Assembly (NCBI GenBank): GCA_951406725.2
Contig: OX597838.1
Coordinates: 24,366,001 to 24,430,000, forward strand
Source: Octopus vulgaris
Taxonomy: Eukaryota
Length of the DNA: 64,000 nt
Reading direction: 5' to 3'
In this document: piece after piece, positions 43,701 through 52,990 of the stretch
Position numbering within the stretch: the stretch's first letter is position 1
Layout: each line of letters opens with the position of its first letter
Notes under the pieces: generated by a model
Seen by the model: the letters and a program-made list of their open reading frames with translations, nothing else
Databases searched by the model: none
Told to the model about the DNA's origin: nothing
Position numbers and translations under genes: made by a program

Positions 43701-46700
43701 ATGAAAGGGTTAACAATGCAGTATTATTGACAAGAGTAAGAAAAGCTTTTGACTTACCTTATCAATTAAGATTTCATGAGGCCGTTTCCAGTGATCTACC
43801 TTTAACGAGGGAGGAAGCTCAATTTTCCCTTCAGGGTCTTCGAAGTACTGGGTCTAGTAAAAACGAAAGAAATGTTTTTGACTGTTATAGCTATAAAACA
43901 ACACGTTGCTTACTGCAAGTTATGGATGATTCTTTTATGACTTCATTGCTTTCAGGCTTAGCTTAAGGTATTTTCGCGTCCGACATCACAAAATGCCTCT
44001 GAATAAACATTGCCAGACAGCAAATAGAAACTCGGACATTGGTTAGGAAATAATTTTCATTTTTAACCTCGTATATAGTATGCACTAGGGATTCTGACCT
44101 TTAAATTTTGGGGAAAAAAATGCAGATTATACTCGAGGATTTACAGTACTTCAACTCACCACGGGGGATTTTGTCTTGGACGCATCTTTTCCTTTACCGA
44201 GACATTCCTGAAATGATAAAATCCAAGAATGAGGGTCACATCACATGGAAAAAAAAAAAAGGAAAACTGCACCAATGTAATTAACATCTCCCAACCAATC
44301 AAATGAACATAAAAACACGTATGACAGACACATAGCACAGATATATAACAGACATATAACAGACATATAATTCATGTGTAATGCATACATAACAAACATG
44401 CATACATATAATATACATCATCATCATCATTGGAAGATGGATGTTAAATGATGATGATGATGATGATGATGTTGATATATGTTTGCTATAACAAACATAC
44501 AAAGACAGCGAGCTGGCAGAAACATTAGAACACTGGGCGAAATGCTTAGCAGTATTTCATCTGCTGCTACGTTCTGAGTTCAAATTCCACAGAGGTCAAC
44601 TTTGCCTTTCATCCTTTCGGGGTCGATTAAATAAGTACCAGTTACGCACTGGGGTCAATATAATGCACTTAATCCATTTGTCTGTCCTTGTTTGTCCTCT
44701 CTGTGTGTAGCCCCTTGTGGGTAGTAAAGAAATAGGTATTTCATCTGCCGCTACATTCTGAGTTCAAATTCCACCGAGGTCGACTTTGCCTTTCATCCTT
44801 TCGGTGTCGATTAAATAAGTACCAGTTACGCACTGGGGTCAATATAATTGACTTAATCTATTTGTCTGTCCTTGTTTGTCCTCTCTGTGTGTAGCCCCTT
44901 GTGGGTAGTAAAGAAATAGGTATTTCATCTGCCGCTACATTCTGAGTTCAAATTCCACCGAGGTCGACTTTGCCTTTCATTCTTTCGGGGTCGATTAAAT
45001 AAGTACCAGTTACGCACTGGGGTCAATATAATTGACTTAATCTATCTGTCTGTCCTTGTTTGTCCTCTCTGTGTGTAGCCCCTTGTGGGTAGTAAAGAAA
45101 TAGGTATTTCATCTGCCGCTACATTCTGAGTTCAAATTCCACCGAGGTCGACTTTGCCTTTCATTCTTTCGGGGTCGATTAAATAAGTACCAGATACGCA
45201 CTGGGTTTGATATAATCGACTTAATCCATTTGTCTGTCCTTGTTTGTCCTCTCTGTGTGTAGCCCCTTGTGGGTAGTAAAGAAATAGGTATTTCATCTGC
45301 CGCTACATTCTGAGTTCAAATTCCACCGAGGTCGACTTTGCCTTTCATTCTTTCGGGGTCGATTAAATAAGTACCAGTTACGCACTGGGGTCAATATAAT
45401 TGACTTAATCTATTTGTCTGTCCTTGTTTGTCCTCTCTGTGTGTAGCCCCTTGTGGGTAGTAAAGAAATAAGAAACATACAAAACACATAGCAAACATAT
45501 CTGCCAAACACAGAAAACAAATATAACAAACACATAGCACACATAATAAACATGTAATACATATATAACAAGCATACAACATATATGTAGCAAACAACAT
45601 ATAACACATATCATAAGCATATAACACATATGATAAGCATACAACATATGTATAGCAAGCATAACAAGCAGACAAGAAATATGATAAAAATATAACACAC
45701 ATATAACCTTTCATCATCTGACACAAGATCACCTCCTCCAATGCCCTCTCACCACTCAAAAATTCCTTGTCTGGCAAAGTTATTTGGTGATCCTGCCGGT
45801 GCTGGTGCCATGTAAAAAGCATCCAGTCCACACTGTAAAGTGGTTGGCATTTGGAAGGGCATCCAGCTGTAGAAACCACACTAAAACTGTCCTAATCTGT
45901 GCTGGTGCCATGTAAAAAGCATTCAGTCCATAAATAAAGTCAACTGAATTGCTTGACCGGTACTTCATTTTATTGACCCTGAAAGGATGAAAAGCAATGT
46001 TGATTTCATTGAGTATTGAACCCAGAACATAGAGAGTCATAACAAAATGTCATTGGCACGGGTCATTTTTCTCTTGAAATGATCCTTGCCAATCCACTCT
46101 GACTCCTATGTAATATGTTTGCCAGCCTCCTCTGGCCCCTGTGCCAGTGGCACGTAAAAAACACCCACTACACTCATGGAGTGGTTGGCGTTAGGAAGGG
46201 CATCCAGCTGTAGAAACACTGCCAAATCAGACTAGAGCTTGGTGCCGCCTCCATGGCTTCCAGACCCCGGTCGAACCATCCAACCCATGCCAGCATGGAA
46301 AACGGTTGTTAAATGATGATGATGATGATGATGATGTAATACAGGTACAACACTGATTTTTCAAAACTTTTGGTTCTGAAGCCTTTTTTAGACTACTGGT
46401 GTAATGGAAAATAGGTCAGTTTCAAAACATTGATGTCCAGGTGACAAAATCAAAGACTGAAGGGAATAGTAGTGATTTCGGAGATGTACTTGCATAGCGA
46501 GTGACTTGATCTGAGATCGTGTGCTGGAACGAAAACAATTGCAGCGTGGAAGGTATTTATAAGCCATTTAAGAAACACACAAAACCATTAATAATAATAA
46601 TAATAATAATAATTGTGTACAGTGCTCAGGTGCACTACAACTCATCTAAAGTGTATATATAATCAGGTGTAGTTTCATCGGATTTCGGAAAGCATGAGGG

Positions 46701-49700
46701 CCTTAAAGGATGCAGTGTCATGGCAGTCAACATTAGATTCACTTTAACATTTAAATTTAGCTTGTCAAAATATTTTCGTCGCTTTGAGACCGTGACCTGT
46801 TCACTGACAACACGAAGTGAATCTAACGGTTTTGTGTGTTTCTTAAATGGCTTATAAACACCTTCCACAGTAGAGATTTTCTTTGATTTCTAGATAGAAA
46901 CAAATAGGAAACAACACATACTGACCAAAGACAATAAAGATTTTAAAAATTTGTTACATAGGCGCAGGAGTGGCTGTGTGGTAAGTAGCTTGCTAACCAA
47001 CCACATGGTTCCGGGTTCAGTCCCACTGCGTGGCATCTTGGGCAAGTGTCTTCTGCTATAGCCACGAGCCGACCAATGCCTTGTGAGTGGATTTGGTAGA
47101 CGGAAACTGAAAGAAGCCTGTTGTATATATGTATATATATATATGTATGTGTGTGTTTGTGTGTCTGTGTTTGTCCCCCTAGCATTGCTTGCCAACCGAT
47201 GCTGGTGTGTTTACGTCCCCATGTCACTTAGCGGTTCGGCAAAAGAGACCGATAGAATAAGTACTGGGCTTACAAAGAATAAGTCCCGGGGTCGATTTGC
47301 TCGACTAAAGGCGGTGCTCCAGCATGGCCACAGTCAAATGACTGAAACAAGTAAAAGAGTAAAAGAGAAAGAGTAAAGAAGGTGTAATCCAATAATCTGA
47401 TAATCTCTTACCCATTTCTCTGAATCCACATCTGTGAACTCTGGCCATATAAGGGTGGTTTTGGCTTTTTGAGTAACATTTCCAACTGGTGTCGTAGCAG
47501 AGCTGGAAATAATAATATTTTTTACATCAAATAATGATTACTGTGGAAATGAAATGATTGATTTTATTTTAAGTAAAGAGAGAATGATATTGTAATGATA
47601 TACTTTAGGTAAGGATAACTGTAGGCAAAGAATGATAGCTCCTATTACAAGGAAAAAGAATGTGGCAAGATGGCAGAATCGTCAGCATTTTGAATTAACT
47701 GCTTTGTCTTTATGTTCTAAGTTCAAATTCTGCTGAGATTGACTTTGCCTTTCATCCTTTCAGGGTCAATGGAAAAAGTACCAGTTGGGCAATAAGGTTG
47801 ATGTAATCAACTAGCTCCCTCCCCACCAAAATCTAATGTTACATTAAAATCAGGGTACCTCAGATATCAATCTAGTAATGCATTAAAAGCAAAGTACCTT
47901 CAGGATGTTAGTCTAGAGTTACATTGAAAGCAGGTTACCTAAAATATTTAGTGTTAAACTGAAAGCAGAGTACCTCAGATATCAATCTAATTTGAAAGTA
48001 GAGTACCTCAGGTACATCAGTCTAGTGTTACATTAAAAGCAGGGTACTTCGGATATCAATCTAGATAAAAAGCAGGGTACCTCAGATATCAATGTAATTA
48101 GAAAGCAGATACCTCAGGTATCATTCGAATTAGAAAGCAGAATAGCTCAGATATCAATCTCATTAGAATGTAGGGTAGAATGTAGAGTACCTCAGAGATT
48201 TCAATCTAGTGTTACATTAAAAGCAGGGTACCTTAGCTATTAACCTTGTGTTACGTTGAAAGCAGGGTACCTAAAATATCAATCTAGTGCAACATTTTCT
48301 CAGATGTCATTGTAGAGCAATGTGTTGTTAAGCTGATTTCAACAAATGTTTTTGTTTTTAAACTGAATTATTATTATACATTCCACTTTAAGGCAGCAAG
48401 CTGGCAGAATCGTTAGCAAGCTGGGTGAAATGCTAAACGACATTTCGTCCACCTTTACATTCTGAGTTGAAATTCCGCCGAGGTCAGCTTTGCCTTTCAT
48501 CCTTTCGGGGTCGATGAATGAAGTACCAGTGAAACAAGGGGGTCAATGTAATCAACAAGACCCCTTCCACAAAACACTCCAGACCTTGTGCCTTTTAGTA
48601 GACAAACTTGTTGATATGACTGGTGTGTCCTGGAGCTCCTGCTAATGAACTTTGAGAGAGGAATTGTGAATGAAAAGTGTTGCAGCAAAATATGTGCCTC
48701 GTTTGCTCACGGAAGATCAAAAGCAGTCACGACTGAATATGTGTCATGAACTGAAAGAACAGTTGGAAGTTGATCCAAACCTTTTTTCAAAGGTCATCAC
48801 TGGAGATAAAAGCTGGTGCTATGGAATTTGCAGGTGTGGAAAAGGTGAAGAAAAAACGTCAAAGGCGTTAAAAGGCATCACTTCGTAAGAGTTCCAGCAC
48901 TGCTTCGAACAGTGGAAAATGCATCTGGACCAATGTATTACTTCAAATGGAGAATACTTTGAAGATAATAAAAGCGTAAACACATTTGTGTCAGAAAACA
49001 GCACAGCTCCCATGACTTTAGGAAACATTTTTTCACGCTGAAAGTTGCTGAAGCATGGAACAAACTGCCGGCATCAGTTGTTAGTTGTCGGAGCAGTGCA
49101 TCCTTCAAAACTTCCATGCTTCCTGAGATTCGCCAACACTACACCTGATTTTCTCCCCTCCATACACACACAAACATGTATCTGACTCATACATTGTTCG
49201 CTTTCCAGACATTTTTACATTACTGCATATACTTTATACGCACTTTCTGACAAGTTGTAGTGCACCTGAGTACTGTATACAATAATTTCATTATTATTAT
49301 TATTATAACATAAAACTAAGTGAATAAAATAATATTGCAAAATTACAGTTTCTTTTGGATACCTTGTTGTATGTGGCCTAGTATAATGTCAAGTGAAATT
49401 TTTCCTAAATTTGAATGATTTAATTTTGGAGAAATATTTTTGTGAAAAAAACTATTTCATGCATTATCATTATGTGTTTCATCTTCAAAGAGACATCACA
49501 AAAACATTTATCTTCTTAATATAAATTTGATGTTTCTCTGTCCGTTACGTTTTTATGTTTGTTAACTCCTCCTAAACCGTTCGTGTAAGGACAACGAAAC
49601 TCAAACAAGCAACGTCCCTAATCCCAGGGAATGTCTTAAGGGGGGGGTCTACTTTTTTAAGGGCCGCCTAATTGGGGTCCTCACTGATCCCCTATTTTTA

Positions 49701-52700
49701 CTGCATTTTAAACTAAATACATGGCACTGGCAGCCAAATCAGAGCAATGACAATGAATTTCATACCATTGAACTTCCAGGGAGTATCATAAGGAGGTTCG
49801 ATTTCTGAAGGGCCATTTAAATGGGGCTCCACTGACACCCCCTCCACCTATTTTTATTGCATTTACCTCGCTCCTACATTTATTGATTAAACTATGATCA
49901 GCATCATTGCTTAGCACATTTGCAGAAATAAGCTTTGGGCATTCTAAATACCTTCACGTACATTCAAATCGAGAGAAAGAGTTATAACAGGTACTTTTCA
50001 AGTGTGGTAGTATGGATATTTATATTTTGTAGTTTATGAAACTTATATCTAGGTGGAAAACTAATCTTGCTGATCCAGTTACATATTGGTGCTTGGGCCT
50101 TCAGCCCCAGAGTTCTAGATTTTGTTTTTTTTTTCTACCTGAATACCCTACAAAATTCCCAGTTGGCCAGAATGCCAAAATTCACATAGCCTGAATACTG
50201 CCTGAAGGGCAGCTTCAAGGCTAGAACTTAGCTGTAAGTCAAGCCAGAAACTAGCTGTATGTCTATCAGCAAAGTTGGCAGAAAGCAGTCCAAGGGTTGA
50301 GACAACAACATACTGAACAAGTTAATGGGACAAGGGGTTTAGGTATGGGTGCGAGTGAAGTACAAGTATTGGGCGGACATAAAGAATGTGGACCGCACCC
50401 CCTTTCGTTCTTTTTTTTTTTTTTTACAGAAACCATTTTCGAGTATGGAGATTCTGATTCTGCAAAAAAAAAAAAAAAACCGCATTTTAAAAATTTCAAT
50501 TAACAAATTCTTCAATTTTCAGTTTTTTCAAAAATCCTTTTTTGCAAAATACGTAGAAAAATACGGAGAATAATCTTTTTCTACGTATTTCGCAAAAATA
50601 TTTTAAAATTCTGAAAATAGTGAAAATTGAAGAATTTAGGTGTGTGTGGTAGGGGATTAAAATTTTGAAATGTCTTTTTTTTTTTTTTGCAGAATCAGAA
50701 TTTCCGTACTCGAAAATGGGGTTTCTGTAAGAAAAACCAGGGGGGAGGGCGCCCTACATTGTTTACGTCCGCCCAGGTATCGAGCGTATAGGTATGGGTG
50801 TGTGAATATTTGTCGTGTACGGAGTTTGGAATGGGGTATCGGATAATTAATACCAAGAGATACATATACAATGAATGTGTCCGAGTCCATTACATTACAC
50901 AAGAGTAGAGGGCCGCAAAAGACGCGATAATGGGGCCAAAGGCCTCGAAGGTGCTCTCTGTAGGAGCTAACCTGAAATCCGCCCGAAAGGCGGTTTCAAG
51001 ATTAGTAAATAAAAATGACTAGTCGTTCTTTAAAATTCACTACATTACCATTGGAAAAAAGTTGTGTTGTGATGTCCACTTGCATAGTTCAACTTAGTGA
51101 TTTTCTCTTTTTTATGCATTTTATGTATCTGTATCCCAACTGAATTAAGTTTACATTATTTACATTTTCGATCCCACATTTTATAATAATAATGAAATTA
51201 TTGTATACAGTGCTCAGGTGCACCACAACTTGTCAGAAAGTGCGTATAAAGTATATGCAGTAATGTACAAATGTCTGGAAAGCGAACAATGTATGAGTCA
51301 GATACATGCTTGTGTGTATGGAGGGGAGGAAATCAGGTGTAGTGTTGGCGAATCTCAGAAAGCATGGAAGTAAAGAAGGATGCAGTGCTCCGGCAACTAA
51401 CAACTGATGCCGGCAGTCTGTTCCATGCTTCAGCAACTCTCAGCATGAAAAAATGTTTCCTAAAGTCATGGGAGCTGTGCTGTTTTCTGACTTTGTAAAT
51501 ATGTCCACGGGTGTTAAACGGGTGTTCGAAAAGGTGCTCAGAGTTATTGTTTGTAAGATGGTTGATAATTTTATGGGTGTCTGCCAAGTCAGCTGCCAGA
51601 CGTCGGAGTTTCAATGTGTCCATGCCCAGGGAAGTAAGGCGTTCAGAATATGGCAAATGCCTGATGGAGGGAATAGAAATACACAGTTTGTATTCCTAAT
51701 TTGAGTAATACTTAATGTTAGTCATCGTATGATCAGTTGGCAGCACACCCAATGACAACAACCAACATACGCCACTGTGAAATATCGTTAAACATTTTGC
51801 CCAGAGAGCTAACAATTCTGCCATCTCGCTGCCTTCATTTCACTGAATATTAAGTATTCAGCTTTTGTTGGTCAGTTCAGTAGTCAAAGGCACTGTAGCT
51901 ATGACCATCCAACCTCACCTGTTCCTCAGACTATACTGTATATAACATGGCAAGCTGGCAGAATTGTTAGTATGTCGGGCAAAATGCTTAGCTAAATTTC
52001 TTTGGACTCTTCAGATCTGATGTGTGTGTCTCTTTATGCTTGTAGGAAAAACGGGTTTAGGGTCGGAAAAAACATTGTAAAGCTTAGTGCTTTATGGATG
52101 TGAAACTCCGAGTAACCCCCATAAACCGGACACATCTATCTCGTATACATACATACATGATGGCTGCCCCCTCGTTTTCGAGTATGGCCATTGCACGAAG
52201 CTTAACTGTTACTGGTGCTGTGAGCGAATGTGACTTTTTAGCCCTGCTAAAGATCTACAATGTCTTGTACAGAATTGGCAACTAAATCCTTTACTGGTAA
52301 TAGCCGGCTGCAGTTGTAACTGGGCTTCATGTACCTTTGCATGTCGTTTAAGTCCTGCCGAATTACACTCTCTTTCACATGCCCGACAGATATGATTAGT
52401 ATGGTGTGTTACACCACTACCAGTGGCCAGGTTGTCACTACATATGTATAGAGTGTTAGGTATGATGTACAGAGATTGAATATTGAAGAAAAAAAGTTGT
52501 CAGAATTTTGGAAACAAAATCTTTTTATTTCTTCATTATTATAAGCGCTCTCGTTCTTTTCTCGAACTTGTCAAATAAATTTTGTGAATGTGCAAACACC
52601 TTGTTCATTTATATAAAACATGGTTTTTGGGGGATTTTGTTTAGAAGAGAACATGTTTTGGGGTGGTTTTGTTTAGAAAACGTTCTCTTCTAAACAACCC

Positions 52701-52871
52701 CCCCCCCCCACCAAAAATCTCTTTTATATAAAAATGAACAAGCTGTTTTGTACATTCACAAAATTTTATTTTTGACAAGTTCAAGAAAGGAACGAAAGCG
52801 CTAATAATAATGAAGAAATAAAAAGATTTTGTTTCCAAAATTCTGACGACTTTTTTTTTCTCAACATACAT

Positions 52872-52912
<41 letters not shown>

Positions 52913-52954
52913 CATAGAATATATTATATATAACATATAACACACACACATACA

Positions 52955-52990
<36 letters not shown>

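Noticed and set aside
44552-45470. Tandem array as a CRISPR array or hammerhead retrozyme
   Set aside because: No unique spacers and a eukaryotic context; no CUGANGA-type core on either strand of the unit
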